This document shows, in pieces, positions 19,312 through 27,293 of a DNA stretch of 27,421 nt. The notes under the pieces are model-generated. The model was not told where the DNA came from. It saw only the letters and a list, made by a program, of their open reading frames with translations, and ran no database searches. The position numbers and the translations under genes are program-made. Source of the stretch: a virus (lineage: Duplodnaviria; Caudoviricetes); IMG/VR virus record IMGVR_UViG_3300005758_000133, positions 1 to 27,421 of that record. The stretch is one strand, 5' to 3'. The stretch's first letter is position 1; every line of letters begins with the position of its first letter.

Positions 19312-20112
19312 ATGAATATATTTGAAAAATTTCTTAATAGTATTTCCTATAAATTCCCTAAGGGTTATCCTGACTTAAATAATGAGCAGGACATTTTAAT
19401 TATTGAGTCTGAATTAAAAAATCTAGGTATTCATTTAGATGAAAGTTTAGAGTCTACAATAAATGATGTAACTGGAAAAGGAAAAAAGCTTACCAAACTT
19501 CAAACATTTACTGATTTAGCAACTTTAACTTATGCTCAATATGATTTAGGTGATATTAAAACTGTTTTTCCTAATCCTGTAAACACAATACAAGGATGGA
19601 GACAATATGTTGATCAAAGATTATCTAATAAAGGTAGAGAAGTAGAAAATTGTATTAAAAATTATTCTATTTCTAAAGGTGTAGAGTCTAAAGAAATTCC
19701 TAAAGGCAAAGGAGAAGATGTAATTATAGGTGGAAAAACAACTGAAATTAAATCCACCCAAGGAAATAAAATCAATACTCAATTACAAACCAGTTTTTAT
19801 ACTAACGATCCAAATAAATTTTACTTATTCGTCTCTAACACAACATCAGATGACATTGATGTAAGAGTAGTAGCTAGTCAATTATTATATAGATCAGCTT
19901 TAGGCGATGAAATAGTAGATGAAATAGAAGCTAATAAAGAATCTAATATATTATCTCAACAGTTAGAAGATGGTTTAAAGACATTAAATATTAAAAACTT
20001 CATAATGTCTTCATTATTAACAGGCAAAACATCTGAAGAATCAAAATCATTTCTTATTGGAAAAGATAAAAATGTTCGAGTTAGATTTGTAATATATATT
20101 GAACCTAAGTAA
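19312..20112 (+). CDS. putative PD-(D/E)XK restriction-endonuclease-like protein
   Basis: GREVENC...GEDVIIGGKTTEIKS gives an E...D...ExK arrangement; N-terminal KFPKGYPD segment ending LDES. Confidence 0.5.
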   Translation: MNIFEKFLNSISYKFPKGYPDLNNEQDILIIESELKNLGIHLDESLESTINDVTGKGKKLTKLQTFTDLATLTYAQYDLGDIKTVFPNPVNTIQGWRQYVDQRLSNKGREVENCIKNYSISKGVESKEIPKGKGEDVIIGGKTTEIKSTQGNKINTQLQTSFYTNDPNKFYLFVSNTTSDDIDVRVVASQLLYRSALGDEIVDEIEANKESNILSQQLEDGLKTLNIKNFIMSSLLTGKTSEESKSFLIGKDKNVRVRFVIYIEPK

Positions 20113-20114
20113 TT

Positions 20115-20759
20115 ATGAAACAACAACTAGTTGAAACAATAAAAAAAGCATTACTTGCTAAGAAATGTGATTGTGGTGCCCCAACATTAAATGAGTCTAA
20201 ACAATATACTCATCCAATTACGGAAGCAATGCGTTATCATTTAAGTAACCAAGTTCAAATACATGAAAATATATTCCGCCCTGGCTCTAAAGCTCACATT
20301 GAGTTAATCGCTGAGACTCGCACCTTATGGGAGAAAGGAATTATTAATCTACAAGATACTGATTTAAGATTATTTGAAAACACAGATTTAGGTCGTTTTA
20401 GTTTATATGAAGGACAACAAGTACCTTTAGATTTACCATTAATGAAAAATTTAACTGAAGAAGAATTAGAAGAAGAAAAGAAACAACCTGCTTTAGGTAA
20501 ACCAAAGCGTGGTGGTTCTAAAAAATTCTATGTCTATGTTAAAGATCCTAAAACCAAGCGTATTAAAAAGGTATCATTTGGTATGGCAGGAGGTGGTTTG
20601 CGTGCTAAATTAAACAACCCTAAAGCACGTCAAGCATTTTCTAAACGTCATAATTGCCCTCAAAAGAAAGATAGAACAAAAGCTAGTTACTGGTCATGTC
20701 GTCTTCCAAGGTACGCGCATCTCTTAGGTTTCAAAACCACTTTTAGCGGTTATTGGTAA
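20115..20759 (+). CDS. two-module hypothetical protein with a basic C-terminal domain
   Basis: LNES / LTEEELEEE junctions; C-terminal KKFYVYVKDPKT..KKVSFG...RHNC...YWSC. Confidence 0.7.
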   Translation: MKQQLVETIKKALLAKKCDCGAPTLNESKQYTHPITEAMRYHLSNQVQIHENIFRPGSKAHIELIAETRTLWEKGIINLQDTDLRLFENTDLGRFSLYEGQQVPLDLPLMKNLTEEELEEEKKQPALGKPKRGGSKKFYVYVKDPKTKRIKKVSFGMAGGGLRAKLNNPKARQAFSKRHNCPQKKDRTKASYWSCRLPRYAHLLGFKTTFSGYW

Positions 20760-20818
20760 GGCCCGAACCATTAAGAATAAACAATATGGAGCGGAATATA
20801 TATAATAAATACTTTACT

Positions 20819-21091
20819 ATGAAAAAATCTGAACTAAAACAACTTATCAAAGAAGAAATAACTAAAATTATTCAAGAATCAAGAGAATTTAATTTTAAAG
20901 AATTAGTTCAAACTATTCCTAATGTAGAATATGATAATTATTTAGATGATCCTAATTATTTTTATGGGTATGTTTTTTCTAAACCTACTAAATCCAATCC
21001 GTATTATAAAATAAAAGTAGAATATCCTGAAAATAAAAAAGGACAATTAATAAAAGCTGAAAGATATAAATTGATACCCAAAAATAAATAA
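20819..21091 (+). CDS. hypothetical protein with MKKSELKQLIKEEI leader
   Basis: The track start (20753) is a TTG overlapping the previous gene; ATG 20819 gives a leader identical to that of 26463. Confidence 0.65.
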   Translation: MKKSELKQLIKEEITKIIQESREFNFKELVQTIPNVEYDNYLDDPNYFYGYVFSKPTKSNPYYKIKVEYPENKKGQLIKAERYKLIPKNK

Positions 21092-21108
21092 TTTCCAGGA
21101 TATTAGTA

Positions 21109-21486
21109 ATGATTAAATTAACAGACATATTAAAGCAAATTCTTCAAGAACGAGAAGACCGCTGCAAACGAATTGCAGATCGTCGTTATGACAAACCATC
21201 TGCTTACAAATCAGGTGCTATTGTTAGATGTCGTAAAGGGGACATTTGGAAAGACCTAAAAGAAGAAGATCTAAATGAAGATGAATCATTACATAAATGG
21301 TTTAAACGTAAAGGAGCACCTGGTAAAGAAGGTGGATGGGTAGATTGTAATACATGCCGTAACGGTAAATGTAAACCTTGTGGACGCAAAGAAGGTGAAG
21401 ATCGAGCTAAATATCCATCATGTCGTCCCACACCAGCTCAATGTAAAACTAAGGGCAAAGGTAAAAAGTGGGGGAAAACTAAATAA
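21109..21486 (+). CDS. small basic Cys-rich two-module protein with leader
   Basis: MIKLTDILKQILQE, then PSAYKSGAIVRCRKG, LNEDES, and SLHKWF...KPCGR...YPSCRPT. Confidence 0.7.
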   Translation: MIKLTDILKQILQEREDRCKRIADRRYDKPSAYKSGAIVRCRKGDIWKDLKEEDLNEDESLHKWFKRKGAPGKEGGWVDCNTCRNGKCKPCGRKEGEDRAKYPSCRPTPAQCKTKGKGKKWGKTK

Positions 21487-21490
21487 TTAA

Positions 21491-21506
21491 ACATATTTAT
21501 AACAAA
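21491..21506 (+). promoter_or_regulatory. ACATATTTATAACAAA putative late promoter
   Basis: Exact copy of the 16443 and 24703 element. Confidence 0.65.
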
Positions 21507-21514
21507 TTATTTTC

Positions 21515-24500
21515 ATGAAAGAAGCCTCTGTATTATTAGAATATATTAATAAAAATTATGATATGCTTGTAGAAGCATATGGTAAAGACATGGTAGATAA
21601 ATTAGTTGCTAAATTTAAAGAAGAAGCATCTGATTATAAAATTAAAAACCCACAAACTGATAAAGAATTTACAGATGATGAGTTAAAGGATCTTATTAAT
21701 GATTTTGATAAGTTAAGAGGCTCAGCCCAAAATATTGAAAAAGATATTAACAAATATAGTCTTAAACCATTAATAAGAACCGTTAATCAAACTAAAACAG
21801 CGGCTTCAACCTCCCCATTCCAGGATATGCCTGATAAAATATATGATGAAGGTGGTATTAAAATATATAATGGTAATAGAGAAAATGTTTGTAAATCATT
21901 CGCAGGTGATGTTCCTTGGTGTATAACTAGAGGATCATGGATCAATTATAGAAATGATCAAAGAAAAGGATACCCAACCTTTTATTTAATCAGAAATACT
22001 AATCTCCCAGATAGTGATAAATTAAGTTTTGTAGCTGTTCAATCTAGAGCAGGAGATAGATGGGTATATACTAATAGAAATAATAACCCATATGAGTCTC
22101 GAGATATGAGTTTTGAAGACTTATTAAGAGAAGTTCCATGGTTATCATCTATACCTAATCTAAAAAGTAAACTTCCTCATCAACCAATGACACCTGAGGA
22201 AGAAAAAGCTAACTTATATAAAAATAAAGCTATCCCATATAGAGAATGGTTAGAAAAACCTTTATTTGGACCAGGAAGTAAATATGAATATTTAATAATT
22301 AGAGCCCAAAGAGATGATTTATTTTCAGATAAATCTTTAGAAAAATTTGCTGAAGACAATTTACCTCAATTTCCTAAATTATTAGATAAAATTGCTATTC
22401 TAACTGGGGAAACATCTATTATTCCAATGGATGTATTACTAAAACATATTAGTAAATATCCTAAATCAAATCAGAATTCGATATTAAGGAATACATTTGA
22501 TAATAGTATAAATAATTACAATGAAATACTTAATTCTGATGACTATCCTTGGGATGTTAAAAAAATATTAGCTAAATATAATAAATTTAATTTACCTAAA
22601 AATAAAAAAATGTATGTTACTAAAGATGGTAACACTATAGTAGTTTTAGAAATAGGTAAAGATGATTTAAAAGTAGATTTATATAAAGAATCAGACTCAT
22701 TTAACAATATAGATATTAATAAAAATACAGCTACTAGATATTTAGCTGATTATTCTGAGATAGATACAATACCATTTAAAGCATTATTAAGACTAGCATC
22801 TAAAGAAGCTATATCTCAAGAATTAATTAGATCAGTTATTAATAAAGCTAAAGAATCTTCAGACTCAGCTATAATTGTTAAAGATTTAGAAGATGGTTCT
22901 TCTTTACTTATAGATACTAACGCTTTTGAGGCTTTTAAAATAACAGGTAATAATATATCATCTGTTCCATTCTCTGATGAAGCAGTTCAATCTATTTTAA
23001 CTGGTGAAGGTGGAAATAATGGAGCTATAAATAATTTATTAGAACCTTTTAAAAACTCCAACAGAATCCCAGATTCTATAAGTAAATCAACTATATTATC
23101 ACTTATTAAAAACTTACCAGCTGAAAGTAGAATCTTTGACTCTAATAGTAATAGAGGAATGAAAGGTATAATCATCCCAGCTGAGGATGAAAATAGCGAA
23201 GATGTTTTTACAGTTATTTATTTAAATAAAGATTTATATCAGACTCCTACAGTATATGGAGGTAGAGGTGAAGAATGGAGAAGAGCAAGAACTGACTGGA
23301 GATTAAAAGGCACCCCAGAATATTGGCAAACAAAATTTAATTATTTTAGAGCCAATAATATAACATATAGTGATACTGATCTTAGACAATTATTTGGTCA
23401 AAGAGAAGTTCAAGGTATTCAAAATTTCATAGCAGCTAACCCACCATTAGACCCAGCAAATACTTTAAGACCAATTGTATATCAAGGTGGAGTTTATTTA
23501 TTTAATACAAATGATCCAAGATCAAGCTTTAGAGTAAGCCCAACATCAGGAAGATTATTACAAAAAGTATTTACAGCTAGAGAAGCAGCTGCTATTACAG
23601 GTCAACAAGCACCAGCTAGAGCTCCTAGAGCAGCAGCTGCTCAGGCAGAACCAGCAGCGGCCGAGGCACCAGCAGGTCAAGCAGATGCTAGAGTAACTGA
23701 GTTAATAACAAATGCTGGTTTAACAAGAGGATTTAACGCTTTACCAGCTGCTTTTAGAAATAGAATAGCAAATGGAACAGTGACTAATGTTAACGCGAGT
23801 AGAACAGCTAGATCTAGACAAGCATCTTTAGGTAATAGAGGACAAGTTATTGGAGCTATAAGCGCAGGTCAAGACCAAATGGTAATAATACGAATGGGTA
23901 ATAACACATTTGCTCAAGCTTCATTCCAACCAGACGCTAGACACTATATTATTACTCCTACTAGAGCTCTCAATATGGGTAGAGTAGGTAACTTTATAGA
24001 TTTTATATCTAACAATGCTAATTTAACTGAATCACAAAAAGCAGCTCTTACAAGTATAGCATTGGGGGCAGCTACTAAAGAAGAATTAGATGAAATAAAA
24101 GCTAAGTATCAAAAAAAACCGTATAACGACTTAGAAATAACTGAGGAATATATTATTCGTGAGTTTGATGAGAATATAGATCCCATTGAGTTAAAATGGC
24201 ATCGTGATAACGAAGATCGTATTGTAGAAATTGTAGGTGAAACTGATTGGAAAATACAACTTGAAAACCAATTGCCTATATCTATGAATCAACCTATATC
24301 TATTCCTAGAGGTGAATGGCATCGTGTTATTAAGGGTACAGGTAAATTAACTTTAAAAATTATTAAAGAAGAATCTACCCAATATACTTTTGCTGGTGTG
24401 TTAATTACTAACACTAGTTCTGAAGACGGACGTCCTCAAAAAGATATATTATCTGATATTAGAGCTATAGAAGGTATAACAATTGTTACTTCTAAAGATT

Positions 24501-24694
24501 ATGACACTTCAGGAGAAACATCAGCATTTAATAATCCAAATTATTACTCTATTATTAAAGTAAAAGTAGATCCAAATCCATATAAAACTGGATTTAAATC
24601 TGAAGATTTACAAGATATGCTTAAAGAAATTAGAGGAATTAAAGGTGTTAAAAACTTTAAATTAAACCAAGCTGTAGAAAAATCAACAGTTTAA
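21515..24694 (+). CDS. large multidomain protein containing a cupin domain
   Basis: 1059 aa; PWCITRG motif region, Ala/Pro linker, cupin LKWHRDNEDR...IPRGEWHRVIKG (~24110-24370), small C-terminal alpha/beta domain. Confidence 0.7.
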   Translation: MKEASVLLEYINKNYDMLVEAYGKDMVDKLVAKFKEEASDYKIKNPQTDKEFTDDELKDLINDFDKLRGSAQNIEKDINKYSLKPLIRTVNQTKTAASTSPFQDMPDKIYDEGGIKIYNGNRENVCKSFAGDVPWCITRGSWINYRNDQRKGYPTFYLIRNTNLPDSDKLSFVAVQSRAGDRWVYTNRNNNPYESRDMSFEDLLREVPWLSSIPNLKSKLPHQPMTPEEEKANLYKNKAIPYREWLEKPLFGPGSKYEYLIIRAQRDDLFSDKSLEKFAEDNLPQFPKLLDKIAILTGETSIIPMDVLLKHISKYPKSNQNSILRNTFDNSINNYNEILNSDDYPWDVKKILAKYNKFNLPKNKKMYVTKDGNTIVVLEIGKDDLKVDLYKESDSFNNIDINKNTATRYLADYSEIDTIPFKALLRLASKEAISQELIRSVINKAKESSDSAIIVKDLEDGSSLLIDTNAFEAFKITGNNISSVPFSDEAVQSILTGEGGNNGAINNLLEPFKNSNRIPDSISKSTILSLIKNLPAESRIFDSNSNRGMKGIIIPAEDENSEDVFTVIYLNKDLYQTPTVYGGRGEEWRRARTDWRLKGTPEYWQTKFNYFRANNITYSDTDLRQLFGQREVQGIQNFIAANPPLDPANTLRPIVYQGGVYLFNTNDPRSSFRVSPTSGRLLQKVFTAREAAAITGQQAPARAPRAAAAQAEPAAAEAPAGQADARVTELITNAGLTRGFNALPAAFRNRIANGTVTNVNASRTARSRQASLGNRGQVIGAISAGQDQMVIIRMGNNTFAQASFQPDARHYIITPTRALNMGRVGNFIDFISNNANLTESQKAALTSIALGAATKEELDEIKAKYQKKPYNDLEITEEYIIREFDENIDPIELKWHRDNEDRIVEIVGETDWKIQLENQLPISMNQPISIPRGEWHRVIKGTGKLTLKIIKEESTQYTFAGVLITNTSSEDGRPQKDILSDIRAIEGITIVTSKDYDTSGETSAFNNPNYYSIIKVKVDPNPYKTGFKSEDLQDMLKEIRGIKGVKNFKLNQAVEKSTV

Positions 24695-24702
24695 TAAAAC
24701 AT

Positions 24703-24720
24703 ACATATTTATAACAAAAT
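24703..24720 (+). promoter_or_regulatory. ACATATTTATAACAAAAT putative late promoter
   Basis: Third copy of the extended motif, before ATG 24730. Confidence 0.65.
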
Positions 24721-24729
24721 TAAAACAAA

Positions 24730-25182
24730 ATGAAATTAGAAAATCTACGTACTCTTATTCGTGAATCTATCGCTGAATATGTTAAAGAAATAGACGAAGC
24801 TGCTAGTGATGCCGCTGACGCCGCTCGTATTGCTAAATGTGATGAAGCAATTGCTACTCGTGAAGCTAAATTAAGCAATATAGAAGAAAGCGAACATGCT
24901 GATTTAATGGACGAAAGCAAAATCAAAAATCTTCAAAATGAAATTAAAGAGTTAAAGAAAGCAAAAGCTAAATTTGAAAAAGCAGCTGAAAAAAAAGCTG
25001 CCAAAAAAGCTAAAAAATCTGCTCCTAAAGAAGAAGATGTAGTAACAGATGCTGTTACTGAAGAAGCTCCTATTGACGAAACAGACATAATGGCCGAAAT
25101 GGGTACTGAAGAAGTAGCTGAAGAAGTAGCTTTAAATGAATCATTCATTAGAATGCAAAAAATTGCAGGCCTAATTAAGTAA
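24730..25182 (+). CDS. charged coiled-coil protein, possible prohead core/scaffold-like protein
   Basis: Leader MKLENLRTLIRESIAE, Lys/Ala then acidic tracts, C-terminal LNESFIRMQKIAGLIK. Confidence 0.65.
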   Translation: MKLENLRTLIRESIAEYVKEIDEAASDAADAARIAKCDEAIATREAKLSNIEESEHADLMDESKIKNLQNEIKELKKAKAKFEKAAEKKAAKKAKKSAPKEEDVVTDAVTEEAPIDETDIMAEMGTEEVAEEVALNESFIRMQKIAGLIK

Positions 25183-25189
25183 TCTTACA

Positions 25190-25266
25190 GACAGATTCAT
25201 AGCCTGTCGCTTTAAACAATACTAAATGGAGCTGTGGCCCAATCATTAGATTGGGCCTTCTCTATG
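25190..25266 (+). ncRNA. candidate structured RNA (pseudoknot + hairpin); may simply include a terminator
   Basis: GACAG/CTGTC stem; loop CATAGC pairs with GCTGTG (25231-36); perfect 9-bp GGCCCAATC-ATTA-GATTGGGCC hairpin. Confidence 0.4.
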
Positions 25267-25304
25267 CTTAGTGAATTAGAATGTTGGTCTGACGGAATTT
25301 TGGA

Positions 25305-25312
25305 ATATTTAT
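25305..25312 (+). promoter_or_regulatory. ATATTTAT putative late promoter
   Basis: 11 nt before ATG 25324. Confidence 0.45.
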
Positions 25313-25323
25313 GATAAAATAAT

Positions 25324-25917
25324 ATGACTAAAATTTATATATTAGAAAGAAATGGAGTTCCATTTTATGTTGGTAAGACATTACAAGAAATAAAAGAACG
25401 TTTTTATACCCATAAAGACAAAAAAGAAAATAGTAAAATAGTTGAAATAGATTGTGTAGATGATAATGAATGGAGATTTTGGGAATCATGGTATATTGAA
25501 TTATTTAGATCGTGGGGATTTAAATTAGAAAATAAAAATAATGGAGGTGGAGGAAGAGGACCAGGATGGGTTTCACCACCTGAAAGGAACGCTAAAATAA
25601 AAGCATCAATAAAAAACCATTCACAATATTACACAGATGAAGTTAGAGAAAAAATACGTAATGGCAATAAAGGCAAGTCTAAACCATTCACTAAAGAGCA
25701 TCAACAAAATATGTTAATAGCTAAACGTAAGCAAGCTAAACCGCTGTTAATGTATGATTTAGACAACAATTTGATTAGAGAATGGGAAAGCAAAGGACAA
25801 GCAGCAGAATGGATAAAAGAAACAAAGAAAAGGCAAGGAAATTTGACCTCCCAGATAAAAGATGCTATATTAGGTAGGCAAAAAACAGCTTTTGGATATA
25901 AATGGAAATATAAATAA
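25324..25917 (+). CDS. free-standing GIY-YIG homing endonuclease with NUMOD-type DNA-binding tail
   Basis: KIYILERNGVPFYVGKT, ESWYIE, LENKNNGGGG; C-terminal KPLLMYDLDNNLIREWES...KTAFGYKWKY (NUMOD1/IENR1-like). Confidence 0.8.
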   Translation: MTKIYILERNGVPFYVGKTLQEIKERFYTHKDKKENSKIVEIDCVDDNEWRFWESWYIELFRSWGFKLENKNNGGGGRGPGWVSPPERNAKIKASIKNHSQYYTDEVREKIRNGNKGKSKPFTKEHQQNMLIAKRKQAKPLLMYDLDNNLIREWESKGQAAEWIKETKKRQGNLTSQIKDAILGRQKTAFGYKWKYK

Positions 25918-25918
25918 T

Positions 25919-26440
25919 ATGGAAGAGAAAAAAATAGTAGTAATTGGAGCAGGAGTAGCAGGAATTAATTTCGCAACTAAACTTGTAGATAACGGATACC
26001 CAGGACATTTAATAACAATAATTGATAAGGGTAATGATCCATTCAAACGCCAACCAGAGGAAGTAATGACTGGTATGCTTGGTAGTGGTGGGTGGAGTGA
26101 TGGTAAATTAACATATCATACAGCAATCGGAGGTGTATTATCTAAGTATTGTGGTGAAGACAAAGCAATGGAATTGATGGATCAAGTTATTAGTAACTTT
26201 AGACGCTTCCATCCTAAACCAGAAGAAATATTTTGCTCTGATCCACAAGCAGAACCTGATTTTATTAAACCATATTTTGGATTACGTTTATTCCCAGTAT
26301 GGCATATTGGTTCAAATTATCTACATGAAATTGCTAAAGCATGGTATTCATACTTAGTTGATAAAGGTGTTAAATTCATGTGGGAGTGTGAGGTAGAAGA
26401 TATTGATTTTGAAACTGGTGAAGTAATATTAAAAGATTAA
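25919..26440 (+). CDS. FAD-dependent oxidoreductase, N-terminal part only (truncated or split gene)
   Basis: KIVVIGAGVAG Rossmann motif, IIDKG, GMLGSGGWSDGKL, HIGSN, GVKFMWECEVEDID; stops at 173 aa without the C-terminal FAD-binding motifs. The track's 25892 start is a TTG. Confidence 0.75.
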   Translation: MEEKKIVVIGAGVAGINFATKLVDNGYPGHLITIIDKGNDPFKRQPEEVMTGMLGSGGWSDGKLTYHTAIGGVLSKYCGEDKAMELMDQVISNFRRFHPKPEEIFCSDPQAEPDFIKPYFGLRLFPVWHIGSNYLHEIAKAWYSYLVDKGVKFMWECEVEDIDFETGEVILKD

Positions 26441-26448
26441 TATTTATA
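26440..26448 (+). promoter_or_regulatory. ATATTTATA putative late promoter
   Basis: Overlaps the oxidoreductase stop codon; 14 nt before ATG 26463. Confidence 0.55.
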
Positions 26449-26462
26449 GTAAAACAATAATT

Positions 26463-27104
26463 ATGAAAAAATCAGAATTAAAACAACTTATTAAAGAAGA
26501 AATACTTAAAGTATTAAATGAAAATATAATAAGAATAGGTAACGTCTATTATAAAGTTTCTCGTTCTGAGAGACCAAAAGAAGGAGATTGGATTTTGAAA
26601 TTCAAACAAGCTAATCAATGGGATTTTAAATCTGGGGATTTAAAGGAAAAAGATTATCAATATTTTTTAACAAAACTCCCATCAGAAGCTCTTTTAAATC
26701 CTGAAGATTTAAAAATTATTGCTACTAATGATAATGAATTAATACAAAACGGAATTCCTTCTTTAACTTTAACTGAGAAAAAATCATCCTCTATATCTTA
26801 TAAAGATAAAAAATATTATATAGAAGATCCTATAGAAAAAGAAAAAGTATTTGCCTATTCAGACCCAGAATTAAAAAATTTAGTTAAAATAAATGGAAAA
26901 ACATTAATGTTTAAAGTAAAAGATATTAAAGATATGTTAATAAAAGAAGGATTTGAATATGATATGATGTTAGCTAATATAAATAATGTTATATATGAAG
27001 TACAAGATAAAGAAGGTTTTAAATTGTTTAGAGGAACTAAAACAGAGTGTATAGATTATATTAAAGAAAATAGTAAATATAGATATTACAAAGATAAAAC
27101 CTAA
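26463..27104 (+). CDS. modular hypothetical protein with MKKSELKQLIKEEI leader
   Basis: Leader ends VLNE; internal LTE, IKE and IKE junction-like sites. Confidence 0.65.
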   Translation: MKKSELKQLIKEEILKVLNENIIRIGNVYYKVSRSERPKEGDWILKFKQANQWDFKSGDLKEKDYQYFLTKLPSEALLNPEDLKIIATNDNELIQNGIPSLTLTEKKSSSISYKDKKYYIEDPIEKEKVFAYSDPELKNLVKINGKTLMFKVKDIKDMLIKEGFEYDMMLANINNVIYEVQDKEGFKLFRGTKTECIDYIKENSKYRYYKDKT

Positions 27105-27108
27105 TTAA

Positions 27109-27145
27109 TTTTCTTAGACTTTTTCTTAGATCTATAATATTTATA
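27109..27145 (+). promoter_or_regulatory. tandem TTTTCTTAGA repeat plus ATATTTATA promoter
   Basis: 10-mers at 27109-18 and 27121-30; promoter motif at 27137-45. Confidence 0.4.
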
Positions 27146-27149
27146 ATCG

Positions 27150-27293
27150 ATGGGACGTATCAAAAAATATCAAACAGAAGATGAACGTATTCTCAAACAA
27201 CGAGAATATAGTAAGAAATATTACTGGTCTAATAAAGAAAAAATCGATGAAAAACTTAAACAAAAATATCACGAGAAAAAAACAAAACAATAA
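27150..27293 (+). CDS. small basic helical protein (47 aa), absent from the ORF track
   Basis: MGRIKKYQTEDERILKQREYSKKYYWSNKEKIDEKLKQKYHEKKTKQ, directly after the promoter motif. Confidence 0.55.
   Translation: MGRIKKYQTEDERILKQREYSKKYYWSNKEKIDEKLKQKYHEKKTKQ

Noticed and set aside
20760-20795. Weak hairpin CCG..CCAT / ATGG..CGG after the 214-aa gene
   Set aside because: Imperfect stem with a large loop and no U-tract; not enough support.
1377-25148. Short alternative-frame and minus-strand ORFs in the track (1377, 5679, 8120, 10912, 13531, 16801, 16971, 17020, 18395, 21204, 22987, 24720, 24933)
   Set aside because: All lie within or opposite well-supported + strand genes and show shadow-ORF composition with no motifs.
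25183-25323. tRNA or group I intron around the homing endonuclease
   Set aside because: No cloverleaf or T-loop. The gap is too short for a group I core and no interrupted exon pair flanks the endonuclease.
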